Under the pieces are notes generated by a model, which saw nothing but the letters and a program-made list of their open reading frames with translations, was not told where the DNA came from and did no database searches. Positions 18,280-28,100 of a DNA stretch of 52,145 bases are shown one piece after another. Location of the stretch: NCBI GenBank assembly GCA_028688175.1, contig JAQTYS010000001.1, forward strand, positions 1-52,145, written 5' to 3'. Numbering within the stretch: position 1 is the first letter of the stretch; every line of letters begins with the position of its first letter. The DNA comes from Methanothrix sp. Lineage in GTDB: Archaea > Halobacteriota > Methanosarcinia > Methanotrichales > Methanotrichaceae. Position numbers and translations under genes: made by a program.

Positions 18280-18417
18280 TTATTCCACCTTAACCCCTGT
18301 CCTCACGATTTCAACTTCCTCTCCCACCCATTCTTTAGGCAAATAAACCCTTCCCGTGTTCTCATGAGCCTTAACAACCTTAACAATCCGCTGGATTCCT
18401 TGGATTACATAAGCCAT
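18280..18417 (-). CDS. DUF2080-like (AbrB-type) small protein (45 aa, not in ORF track)
   Basis: MAYVIQGIQRIVKVVKAHENTGRVYLPKEWVGEEVEIVR. Confidence 0.7.
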   Translation of the reverse strand: MAYVIQGIQRIVKVVKAHENTGRVYLPKEWVGEEVEIVRTGVKVE

Positions 18418-18483
18418 ATGATCATAAATGGTCATTATTACACATTAGCCTTTCTAATACCTTTAAATACATAGTATTAGGCC

Positions 18484-19848
18484 ATGCCACCCTCAATAGT
18501 CGCACGTATACGGGAGTCTGAACCCGTGCGCAGGCAGGCTAACAAGTTCGGGCCGGGCGTTTCTCCATCGTGGGACGCTAACGACCACGTAACGAAAATA
18601 GACTTTTCTGACAAGTTTAGCAGGGAAATGGCTGAAACTTGGTTGTCTGAACACGATTACCATGAGTTTACCGTTGAAGACGCTGAAATAGAAGAGAAAT
18701 CACGCACGTTTGGGTATCAGTTCGTAAATCTCGGCGGGAAAATCGAACATACACCAGAAGGCGGGCTTCGCGTGAAAGGGGTAAAACTCCTCGCTGCCGG
18801 GACATGGACGGACAGCGCGCAAAAAACCGCGTGCGAGTATTCGCCGGAAGTCCTTAAACAGTTCTCATCGAACTGGATAGATAACGCGATTTGGAGTAGG
18901 CATTTTGGTGGTGTCCCGAGAAACATCACTGAAAAGGTAGGAATCGTCGAGAATCAGCGGTATGAAAATGAGGCTGTGGTAGGAGATTTGTATTACCATG
19001 GACTCACCGGACAGTCGCGTGATACCATCGCCATGATTGATAATGGCCTGGCTAATTACGTATCTGTTGAGACGGTTTCAAAAGACAAATGGAACGTAGG
19101 CAAAAAGGTGTATCAGGCACAGGAACTCGGATTTACGGGACTGGCAACCGTTAATCAGGGAGCGTGCCGGGTATGCAAGATTCGGGAGAATGGGGGTCCG
19201 GGATCTGGTAACTTTGACCATGCGGGTATCCCCGGTCAACAGGGTGGGAGTGCCCCTGGAGGAGGTGGAGGTCCATCTATTGATCAAGAGACCGGGAGTC
19301 TTGTTGGTATCGTTTCTGGGAATCATTTCAACATGGATGAAATTTCTCCTCCTGATGGCCAGTTTCTCACATCAGAAGAGACAGAAGCGTGGGTTGAAGA
19401 GTCGCTGATTGATGGAATAGGAGATCCAGAGATTTATGGTGAAAATTATGCATCTGAACCCGAATCGGAATTTTCAGAGGGTGATCTTTTACAAGCGCTC
19501 GATGATGACACGGGAATGTGGATACCAGATTTTCAATCTGATGTATTAATTCCGGAAGATGCAATTGGGGCAGATCCATCGGAGCACATGAAAGATTATG
19601 ATGTGTCTGAAGTTATGGATTACATAAAAGATACGAAATCTGAAGGGGTTTTTGATACATCATATGATGGATGGAAGTCGCAGTCGAGTTTAGATGATGC
19701 CATCCGCGATCAGGCCGCATACCAACTACAAAAAGAGTATGATGTTGCCCGTTCATACAACGAAGCCCGAAAGGGGGATATAGAATCGGCAAAACAGAAA
19801 TACATTACTCTGGCACTCAATGCGTTTAGGAATGCAAGGAGTGGTTAA
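18484..19848 (+). CDS. Prohead protease-like protein with C-terminal GGPGSG-tagged acidic extension
   Basis: LAAGTWTD, WSRH...KVGIV, YVSVET, FTGLATVNQGACRVC; position before scaffold and capsid. Confidence 0.75.
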   Translation: MPPSIVARIRESEPVRRQANKFGPGVSPSWDANDHVTKIDFSDKFSREMAETWLSEHDYHEFTVEDAEIEEKSRTFGYQFVNLGGKIEHTPEGGLRVKGVKLLAAGTWTDSAQKTACEYSPEVLKQFSSNWIDNAIWSRHFGGVPRNITEKVGIVENQRYENEAVVGDLYYHGLTGQSRDTIAMIDNGLANYVSVETVSKDKWNVGKKVYQAQELGFTGLATVNQGACRVCKIRENGGPGSGNFDHAGIPGQQGGSAPGGGGGPSIDQETGSLVGIVSGNHFNMDEISPPDGQFLTSEETEAWVEESLIDGIGDPEIYGENYASEPESEFSEGDLLQALDDDTGMWIPDFQSDVLIPEDAIGADPSEHMKDYDVSEVMDYIKDTKSEGVFDTSYDGWKSQSSLDDAIRDQAAYQLQKEYDVARSYNEARKGDIESAKQKYITLALNAFRNARSG

Positions 19849-20445
19849 ATGGATAAAGAATCCAGAAAAACAAAGATATCTCAAGCGAAGGAAAGAATAC
19901 TTTCAAAGCGCGGAGAGGAAACCATCAGAGAGGATGAAACTCTAAAAACGAGTGATTCTCTTGATGGACTGAAAGATAAGATTCGTTCTGGGTTGAGAGT
20001 AGGATCTGGAACCACGATGGAAGGGCCTTATATTATTGCCATATTCCCCGATCAGGTGGTATATGAGCAATATTACGGGGGGACTTCTAACCAATACCGG
20101 ATACCTTACCAGATTGATGGGGAAACTGTCACATTTGGAACGGCAGTCCCGGTAGAAGTGGCTTACCAGGACATCGAACCAGAACAGAAAACTGGAGCAT
20201 TTGAGGAAGACATGGATTCTAAAGAATTTGAAGAGAAACTCGAATCGGTAAGAAAAGAGTTCTCTGAAAAACTTGAGGCAGCCGAGGTTGTAAACAAAGA
20301 ACTCGCTGCAAAGATTGAAGCGATTGAGAAAACTCCTACCCCTCCGAAAAGTGCGGGCGGGATTGTAGAGGAATCAAAAGAACTCGAATCCGTTCCTATG
20401 GTCACATTTGACCGTAAGACCGGAGTTATTAGCCGGAGGGTATAA
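19849..20445 (+). CDS. Scaffold-like protein
   Basis: YRIPYQIDGETVTFG.AVPVE domain plus acidic coiled coil; between protease and capsid genes. Confidence 0.65.
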   Translation: MDKESRKTKISQAKERILSKRGEETIREDETLKTSDSLDGLKDKIRSGLRVGSGTTMEGPYIIAIFPDQVVYEQYYGGTSNQYRIPYQIDGETVTFGTAVPVEVAYQDIEPEQKTGAFEEDMDSKEFEEKLESVRKEFSEKLEAAEVVNKELAAKIEAIEKTPTPPKSAGGIVEESKELESVPMVTFDRKTGVISRRV

Positions 20446-20447
20446 TT

Positions 20448-20927
20448 ATGGCAGATATTTCAACTTTTCCAACCAAGGCGACGCTCACTTCAGGCGACGC
20501 AAGCCTGATTCAGACTCCAATGGGGCCTACTCGGAAGTTCGTGGCGGCTGCTGCTCTAAAAGCAGGAATGATCGTTATTTACGGATCGACTCCCGGAGAA
20601 GTTACTCCCGCAGTAGGAGCACTTACCGAGCGTGTTGCCGGGTATGTGGCAGAAGATTACGATTCGGGTGCAGATTGTCTCGTTTGGATGCCTGGAAACA
20701 TTGTCAAGGTGGTAAATTTCAGCACGAGTGTTGCAATTACCCAGGGTCAGTGGCTTCAGACAAACGACAACGCGATCACAGGAACCGTTAATGCAATCGA
20801 TTTCACCGAAGGCGCGACTGCTACCCAGTGCCTGAACACTGTCGGATACGCAATTGAACCGATTGCCGTGTCCAGTTACGGGTATGTTTATTTGACTACT
20901 CCAGTCGTAACGGTGCCAGAATCATAA
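20448..20927 (+). CDS. Capsid cement/decoration protein
   Basis: AAAALKAG..V...G pattern; immediately before MCP. Confidence 0.65.
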   Translation: MADISTFPTKATLTSGDASLIQTPMGPTRKFVAAAALKAGMIVIYGSTPGEVTPAVGALTERVAGYVAEDYDSGADCLVWMPGNIVKVVNFSTSVAITQGQWLQTNDNAITGTVNAIDFTEGATATQCLNTVGYAIEPIAVSSYGYVYLTTPVVTVPES

Positions 20928-20940
20928 GGAGGTAAAAACA

Positions 20941-21951
20941 ATGACTAATGACACTTTCCACGGTGTAAAAGCGCTGTCTATGTATCTGGCATATGATTAC
21001 GCAGATAACAAGGACAAGCACCAGATTCTCAACTCCATCCCTACCAGGGAAATGCACGCATACCTTGAAGGGGACGAGATTAAGACTGCAAATGTGAGAG
21101 AACTGCTCATTTCCGGGTCTGTTCAGGATACCACGCTCATTCAGACGGAATTTTATAATACCGTCATGCAGGGCGCTGAACCAATGCAGTGTATGAGGCG
21201 GTTCCTTCCGACGATCAACCTGTCTACTGGAAACACGCTGTCTATTCCGGTCAGTTCTGCCGGTGCTTATGCCGACGATGTTCTTGAAGGGCAGGATATT
21301 ACTCCGAAAAATGCGGGGTATGAACCAGTAACCATCACGGTTGGTAAGATCGGAGACGCTCCGCTTATCACTGATGAAATGGTTGCAGACTCTTCATACG
21401 GGCTTATTGCTCTGGAAGTCGCGAAGTCCGGCCGCCGGGTAGAGAACAAATTTAACAGGAACGTTCTGGCTGTCATCCTTGGAGCAAGCGGGCTTCAGAC
21501 GCACGATACCACGGGTAGCAATCAGGGAGTTGCGGCTGTGGCAGAGGCAAAGGCTAAAGTTGCTGACTACAACTGGCTGGCTGACAAACTCGTTGCTCAC
21601 CCACGGCTCGGCGCAAAACTGCTCACCGAATCGTTCCCGAACGTAAACTACAGCGGATACAATGCCGATGCAGTTAGAACCGGGTCAATCGGAACCCAAA
21701 TCCTTGGGCTTGACTATATGGAAACGTCAGTGAACCCACTGGCAACTGGAAAGACCTGGGGATACAGTTCAGACGGTTATTATGGCGGGATTGTCGCTGA
21801 TGCCATGAACCTTGGCGCGACTGTAATTCGGAATGATATCCAGGTAGAAAACTTCCGTGACCCAATCAAACAGATTCAGGGCGCCACCACCACGATGAGG
21901 TTTAAAGCAGGGATTATCAACGCGACCGCGGGATGCGCAATTATCTACTAA
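20941..21951 (+). CDS. Major capsid protein (HK97 fold)
   Basis: 336 aa; VLEGQDI, KIGDAPLITDEMVADS, strong GGAGGT RBS. Confidence 0.9.
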   Translation: MTNDTFHGVKALSMYLAYDYADNKDKHQILNSIPTREMHAYLEGDEIKTANVRELLISGSVQDTTLIQTEFYNTVMQGAEPMQCMRRFLPTINLSTGNTLSIPVSSAGAYADDVLEGQDITPKNAGYEPVTITVGKIGDAPLITDEMVADSSYGLIALEVAKSGRRVENKFNRNVLAVILGASGLQTHDTTGSNQGVAAVAEAKAKVADYNWLADKLVAHPRLGAKLLTESFPNVNYSGYNADAVRTGSIGTQILGLDYMETSVNPLATGKTWGYSSDGYYGGIVADAMNLGATVIRNDIQVENFRDPIKQIQGATTTMRFKAGIINATAGCAIIY

Positions 21952-21966
21952 ACGAGGTAACAAAAC

Positions 21967-22149
21967 ATGGTTTTGAGTTCGATGTCTGCCCCATGCATGT
22001 CAGGACAGTTAAATAGAGACATAAACACGGCTGAAATGGATGAAACGCTTCTCAACAAAAAAGTGTATTCTGTTCCTGTTCAGCCGGTCGATCTCCTGAC
22101 TGACACTGACAAAACGGTGGACATTCGACTCATCCAAGGGAGGAAATAG
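21967..22149 (+). CDS. Small virion protein
   Basis: GAGGT RBS, after MCP; track end 22149. Confidence 0.5.
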   Translation: MVLSSMSAPCMSGQLNRDINTAEMDETLLNKKVYSVPVQPVDLLTDTDKTVDIRLIQGRK

Positions 22150-22503
22150 ATGGTAGCAAGGGTAGACAGAGATGATTTCATAGCATTGACGGGAACATCC
22201 TTGTCTACTACCATTGTTGATAAACTGCTTGAAGCGGCTGACAGGGCGGTCAACACGGAAACCGAACGACTCGGGAATCCGAGCATTTCAGAATCCACTC
22301 TGTATGATGCCTCTATGCTTTTTGCGAAAGCAATGCTTGCTGACCTGTGTAGACTCGATGGGACTTTTGATGTGTCTACGAATGGTTATTCGCATAAAGG
22401 GAACACAGAATCGATGATTACAGGATACAGAGACGAGGCAAAATCAATTATCAAGAACGAAGCACGAGTAAACGCAGTTTGGTTACAGAAGGCTAATAGA
22501 TGA
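22150..22503 (+). CDS. Head-tail adaptor
   Basis: Helical ~117 aa, canonical position. Confidence 0.6.
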   Translation: MVARVDRDDFIALTGTSLSTTIVDKLLEAADRAVNTETERLGNPSISESTLYDASMLFAKAMLADLCRLDGTFDVSTNGYSHKGNTESMITGYRDEAKSIIKNEARVNAVWLQKANR

Positions 22504-22844
22504 CTTACCCGGCTGCTCTCCTATGTCATGACGCTAACCTGCAAACGAGCATTACGGCAGGAACCGCTAACGATTGGGGAGCAGGGGCAGGAACGCCGGT
22601 TTATACTGCGATAAAGTGCAGGTTTGGAACGCCACGGGAAACATACAACCTCCATGATTCGGGGGAACGGTTGGTTAAATCTCCGGTATGCATTGTCCCT
22701 GCCGGAACTGCTGCCACTGTGGGAACCAAACTCGTAGGGGTAACGGCTCCGTTTAACAAAACATACGTCATTAAAGCGGTAAATCCTGCATTGCTGGCAT
22801 CATCGATATCTCATCTGGTATTATCAATCGAGGCGGTAGAGTAA
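22500..22844 (+). CDS. Head closure (stopper) protein
   Basis: Beta-rich ~114 aa, canonical position. Confidence 0.6.
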   Translation: MTYPAALLCHDANLQTSITAGTANDWGAGAGTPVYTAIKCRFGTPRETYNLHDSGERLVKSPVCIVPAGTAATVGTKLVGVTAPFNKTYVIKAVNPALLASSISHLVLSIEAVE

Positions 22845-23347
22845 TGGCGGGTATCCGGGTGACTGGCATTTCTGACGTTATAAAGGCTCTGAACGACCTG
22901 AAACCTACACGGGAAGAGGCAATCAGTATCCTGACCAAAGCAGCGAATCCGGTATGGAAATCTATGAAACAGAAAGCGCCTGTTGATAAGGCCGTTCTCC
23001 AGAAAGCGATTGTCATTAAAGACATATCAGAAACTGGGATGATTCAGATCGGCATCGGTGTATTTGATCCTGATGTTGTAAAATACGCTATATACCAAGA
23101 GTTTGGAACCGGGAAGTATGCCACTGGCCCGGGCGGTAGTAGGGCAAAACGTATTCCGTGGTTATGGAAGGTAACGTCTCAAAAATGGGCTGATATTTTC
23201 GGGATAGAAGTCGGCCAAACCGTTTTATGGTATGGTAATCACCCTCACCCATTCGTTCGGCCAGCATGGGATGAGGAACTGGAAAACGTTAGGAAACTCA
23301 TCGTAAAAGGGATTTCTGATACGATTGTCAAGAGGCAAACGCCATGA
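22844..23347 (+). CDS. HK97 gp10-like tail completion protein
   Basis: APVD...L, YAIYQEFGTG, PHPFVRPAW. Confidence 0.85.
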   Translation: MAGIRVTGISDVIKALNDLKPTREEAISILTKAANPVWKSMKQKAPVDKAVLQKAIVIKDISETGMIQIGIGVFDPDVVKYAIYQEFGTGKYATGPGGSRAKRIPWLWKVTSQKWADIFGIEVGQTVLWYGNHPHPFVRPAWDEELENVRKLIVKGISDTIVKRQTP

Positions 23348-23772
23348 TTACGGGTATGATTCGGTCAAAACTACTGGCAACGTCAGCGGTTACTGATATC
23401 GTATCAACCCGGATTTATGTTGATGATATCCCGGATCCTGCCACTCTCCCGGCAATAAGCATCTCAAAAGCCTCTTTTGTCCCTAACAAGGAGGTAGGAA
23501 AGAAAAAGTTTGAACGTATCCTTGTATCGTGCTGGGCTGAACCCGGCAACCCAAAAAACCCGGCAGTAGTAGAATCCGTAGCGGCTGCGGTAAGAGCCGT
23601 ATTTGACATTCCACGGTGTAATTTCGCTCCGTATAGGCTAACATCATCGGTATCTGCCACTGCATACGATGTAACATCGTCACATTGCAGGGGAGGATTC
23701 CGATTGATTGACCCGACTACGGGATGGTATCACATACCAGTGGATTTAGAGATTGATTATAACGAGGTTTAA
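23344..23772 (+). CDS. Tail terminator (DUF3168-like)
   Basis: L.A...VTDIVSTRIY...P....PAI pattern. Confidence 0.7.
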   Translation: MITGMIRSKLLATSAVTDIVSTRIYVDDIPDPATLPAISISKASFVPNKEVGKKKFERILVSCWAEPGNPKNPAVVESVAAAVRAVFDIPRCNFAPYRLTSSVSATAYDVTSSHCRGGFRLIDPTTGWYHIPVDLEIDYNEV

Positions 23773-23778
23773 AAAACT

Positions 23779-24492
23779 ATGGCAGATGTAGTTGCAGCCG
23801 ATGTCCCAGTCGGCACTGAAGTTAAATGGTATGGCGGCGGTGCAGTCGCACAAGTCGATCTTACTGGAATGACAGGAACGGCAGGAACCCTTGGAGGAAC
23901 CTATTTAGCAGAGTTTGGTTCTCTTTGGGTAACAGTGAACGATGTTCAGGTTGCAGTTGTTGAACGTAAAGCGTCAGCCGATGCGACTGAAACCACAGGA
24001 GCAGACGGATTTACTCTCCCTGAGAGCGTAGGGGCCACTGATGCAGTTGTCGCTTATTTCGTCGATATTCAGACGGTAACGCTTCGGCATGTGGCAACCT
24101 GTAAGGACGTTAAGGGGGATACCAAGGCAAGCAGCAAAAAAGAAGCCGTTCACGGGCAGAGCACTAAACTGGTTACTGTTGGAGTGGCTGAATCGACTGC
24201 ATCTCTTGAGCAACTCACCTATACCTTGGACTTTGTAGGGATGATTTTTGGAGATACTGTTGCATCGTCTCCTGTATCTGGATGGAGCAAACACTCTAAC
24301 AAGACGCACGCGTTTAAGAAAATAGGCGCGCTTGTCGGAAAGAGACGCAATTCAAGTGGTGTAGTCATCGATAAGTTTTTCCTTATTGGCGCGACTGCTA
24401 ATTCGTATGGTCAGTCATTTCCGACAGAAGACCTGTATAAAGAGTCTCTTGCATTTGATTGCGATTACGTTCAGCGGTCGAGGAAGGCTTAA
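23779..24492 (+). CDS. Major tail tube protein
   Basis: Position between terminator and chaperones; size and composition; no sheath gene nearby. Confidence 0.7.
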   Translation: MADVVAADVPVGTEVKWYGGGAVAQVDLTGMTGTAGTLGGTYLAEFGSLWVTVNDVQVAVVERKASADATETTGADGFTLPESVGATDAVVAYFVDIQTVTLRHVATCKDVKGDTKASSKKEAVHGQSTKLVTVGVAESTASLEQLTYTLDFVGMIFGDTVASSPVSGWSKHSNKTHAFKKIGALVGKRRNSSGVVIDKFFLIGATANSYGQSFPTEDLYKESLAFDCDYVQRSRKA

Positions 24493-24493
24493 G

Positions 24494-25048
24494 ATGCCTC
24501 CGGGAGAGATTCCAAATCCCTCTCTTGATGCTCGTGTCAGGGCTAAAGATGTAGAAAAAGTTAAGGAACAAATCGAGTTTCAAACGACTGCTGATAAGAT
24601 TCTCGGACTGCTTGCCGATGAACCTATAGAAGTCGAACTGACAGAATCTGTATCAATGCAGTTCTATCCTCCCACGGATGAACAGTATATAGATATATTA
24701 TCAATCCAAGGAGAGGGAGCACAAATTGCAGCACAGATAAAAACGATGGGGTTATCGTCTGATGCAAGCGATGAAGAGGCTGAACAACTCGTTCCTCAAG
24801 CGATGGGGCTAATTAATCACGCTCGTAATATGTTGATGTCAGTCAATGAAATCCTTGCAACTCTATCAGTCGATAAATCGTGGACGGCTGCGAAATTCAA
24901 GCAGTTACCTAAAAAATACAAATCTGTTATCCTCACGTCAATAGCAACGAATCAGACACAGGAGATTAAAAAGACAGAGAAATTTCGCAAGAAGCGCGTG
25001 GGGAATCGGAATGTCCCAGATGCTTCGATCTTGGAACCTAAAGCCTAA
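24494..25048 (+). CDS. Tail assembly chaperone (G)
   Basis: ATG 24494; between tail tube and tape measure genes. Confidence 0.7.
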   Translation: MPPGEIPNPSLDARVRAKDVEKVKEQIEFQTTADKILGLLADEPIEVELTESVSMQFYPPTDEQYIDILSIQGEGAQIAAQIKTMGLSSDASDEEAEQLVPQAMGLINHARNMLMSVNEILATLSVDKSWTAAKFKQLPKKYKSVILTSIATNQTQEIKKTEKFRKKRVGNRNVPDASILEPKA

Positions 25049-25133
25049 CGAATTTTCAAAACTCTCAATTCGTGAACAGATATACATCAAAACCGCATGG
25101 AACGCGGAGAATACAACAAAAGAGGATAAATAA
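24984..25133 (+). CDS. Tail assembly chaperone extension (T), reached by +1 frameshift
   Basis: In-frame TTT-CGC at 24983-24988; +1 frame FARSAWGIG...LKPNEFSKLSIREQIYI ends at TAA overlapping the TMP ATG. Confidence 0.7.
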   Translation, partial: FARSAWGIGMSQMLRSWNLKPNEFSKLSIREQIYIKTAWNAENTTKEDK

Positions 25134-28100
25134 TGGCAGATACATTAGCAGAGTTGTTTGTGGTTCTTGGGCTGAAAGATGAGATGAGCAAAGGATTATC
25201 AACTGCTCTGACTGCTGCATCTGCTCTTAACGTGGGATTATTCGCTCTTGCATCGGCAGCAGAGAAGCCAATTAACGCGTTTAACCAGTTAGAATCTGCT
25301 GCTGAAGTCACTGCTCTTCAGACCGGGCAGACAACGGAAACGATGCAAGGACTGATTGAAGGGTTGCATTCCGTAGATACAACGCTTCAGGAGAGTTCTG
25401 ATTTGTTTATGGCGCTCGGTAAAGCGGGCGTTGATAGCGAAGCAGAACTAAAACTGTTAGGAGACCAGTTTGATACTCTTGGCGATGCTACAGGAAAAAC
25501 AGGAGCGCAATTAGTAGATACTCTCATCCCTGCGATGAAATCTCTTGGTATAGAGGCCACCGACGTTGATTTTGACAGACTAACTGTCATGTTTATGGAA
25601 ACCAATGTCAGCGCTGAAGAGTTTGGTAACACGATGAAACGCATCGGGCCAAAACTCCAGGATGCTGGCATAGGATTTGAAGAGGTTGAGGCTGCAATGG
25701 TTGGTATGGCAGAGCAAGGTATCGAGGGGCGGCTCGCCATATCAAAACTCAACGAGATTTTTGATGAGAATGCGGATGCTGCTAAAGCAGTCGAGGAAGC
25801 ACAAAAAGAAGTTGAAGAGTCATCAAACGATTTGATTGACGCTCAAGAAAAACTTGCAGATGCTCAAGAAAAACTACTCGATTCTCAAGATTCTCTTGCA
25901 GATGGGTCAGACAAGATCAAAGATGCTCAAGATAAAGTCGCCGATGCATCTAACAACCTGGCAGAATCGCAATTAAAACTCGCGGAGGTTCAATCTGATT
26001 CTGAATCGTCGGCGCTTGACATCGCAAAAGCACAAAACGACGTTGAACAGGCACATAGAAAAGTTGAATCTGCAACTCGGGATGTTGAAGGAGCACAAAG
26101 AGATTATGCTGATGCTGGAAGAGGATTGTCAGATGCTCAAAATGAAGTTTTAAAGGCTCAAAATGAGTTGAATGATGCCGAAATTGCAGCAGAAACAGCC
26201 GTTAAGAATCTCACAGAAGCGCAAAAGTTGGGTGCTGATATAAACCACGACGGAAAATTATCAATTGATGAGTTAGAAAAAGCCATAGGAGTTGAGGCTG
26301 GGACTCTCGAAAAAGCAGAGGAAAAACTCGCATCATCAAAAGGTAAGATGCAGGAATATGCTGATGCACAAGCAAAGGCTCTCCCGGCAAGTGGTGAATT
26401 TAATGTGTTCCTTGAGAAGATGGGGCTTAAACTCGGCGAGGTTCTTCAGCCAATGGAAGGACTCATTAGTCCTATTATGGGTGTTACCGGGGCGCTCACA
26501 TCGTTGGCAGGCCCTATATTGTCGCTTCAGGCGCTCGGTCCTGCATTAGAAGCCATTAGTGGAGGAAAATTGATTGCCGGACTTGGTGGGCTTGCGACAT
26601 CTCTTATAGGAGTTGGAACTGCAGGGCTTGCTGCTCTAATCCCGTTATTGCCATATGTTTTGGCAATTGGAATAGCGCTTGGTGCGATATACATTCTTAA
26701 CGAATTGGGCGTATTTACGTGGATATCAGAACAGCTTGGTGCATTGTGGGAAGGAATAAAAACATTTGATATTGGCGCTGCATTTCAAGGTATGATTGAT
26801 TTTCTTAAGAATCTTCCAAATCTTATAATTGATGCGGTGACTGCTGGAGGAGACATACCATCAATGATTATGGGTATTATATTCCCTCCGTTGATTATAC
26901 TTCGTATTCTTGATGCAGCATTCCCTCAAATCGGCGAATGGTTCTCTGGGTTAGGTCAAAAAGTAATTGATTTTATAACCGGTGGAACTCCAGAACCGTC
27001 AATGCTGGCAAATGCAATATTTCCGGCGGTTGAAGTATTGAGTGATATTGTATTAGAAGAGCAGAAAATATTTGCAGAATTTGAAGATCTTGGTAAAAAG
27101 GCATTAACATACATAGAGTTAGGAAAACCTATTCCTAAAGAGATCGCAGATGCACTCATTAATACACCAGAGGTATTATCAAAACTTGCAGAAAATGAGC
27201 AGGGAGCATTAATAAACCTTCAGCAACTTGGAGCAGAAGCACAAAAATACATAGATGAAGGAAAACCAGTCCCTAAAGATGTAGCAGATGCATTAATCGA
27301 TGCCAAATCAGTAGTAACAGAATTAGGTATAAATCAGGAGAAGGCTTTAGAAACGTTTAAAATTCTTGGTGCAATTGCACAGAGATATACTGATGAGGGA
27401 AAACCTATTCCTAAAGAGATTGCAGATGCACTATTAAAATCTGAAGAGATTGTTGCGCAGATGGAGATTAATAAAAAGCCAATAGTAACGTCTTTAGAAA
27501 CGCTTGGGGGGGAATGCACAAAATCGGTAGAAGATAACCCGGTTGATGCTCAAAAAGTTGCAGATTCGTTACTTCCATCAAACAGCATTTCAAACTTCTT
27601 ACTTACCAAATATATTGAGATTGGAACTTGGTTTAATGGACTTGGAAAGAAAACAGAAAAAGAAGTAACTGACAATCCTGCGGATCCTGAAAAGATGGGC
27701 GACGCAATATTTCCATCTGGATCACTTGCACGATTTATCGAGGATCGTATCCCGGTTGTTATAGATGCAGTAAGACCTATAAAAACAGAAATGCAGCCTA
27801 TACTCGATGATATAGGGTCAACGTGGGATAAACTAAAAGGTGTTATTGATGTTGTTACAAAGGCCATTACTGGATTTATAAAAGATCATATTACAAATGT
27901 AAAGGCAGATCTTCGCACGATTGTAGAGTTTTTAAAAGACCCTTATGAAGTTACATGGAGATGGATAAAAGATAAAGTTAAAGATGTAATCGATGCGGTA
28001 ACAGGGTTTATAAAAACTCACAAAGATGATTTCATGGCTGCATTTCAGTTAATTGTAGATTTTTTCACAGATCCAATTGGAACCGCATGGGATTTGTTTA

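Noticed and set aside
18220-18474. Plus-strand 84-aa ORF from the track
   Set aside because: Shadow of the minus-strand DUF2080-like gene; atypical composition
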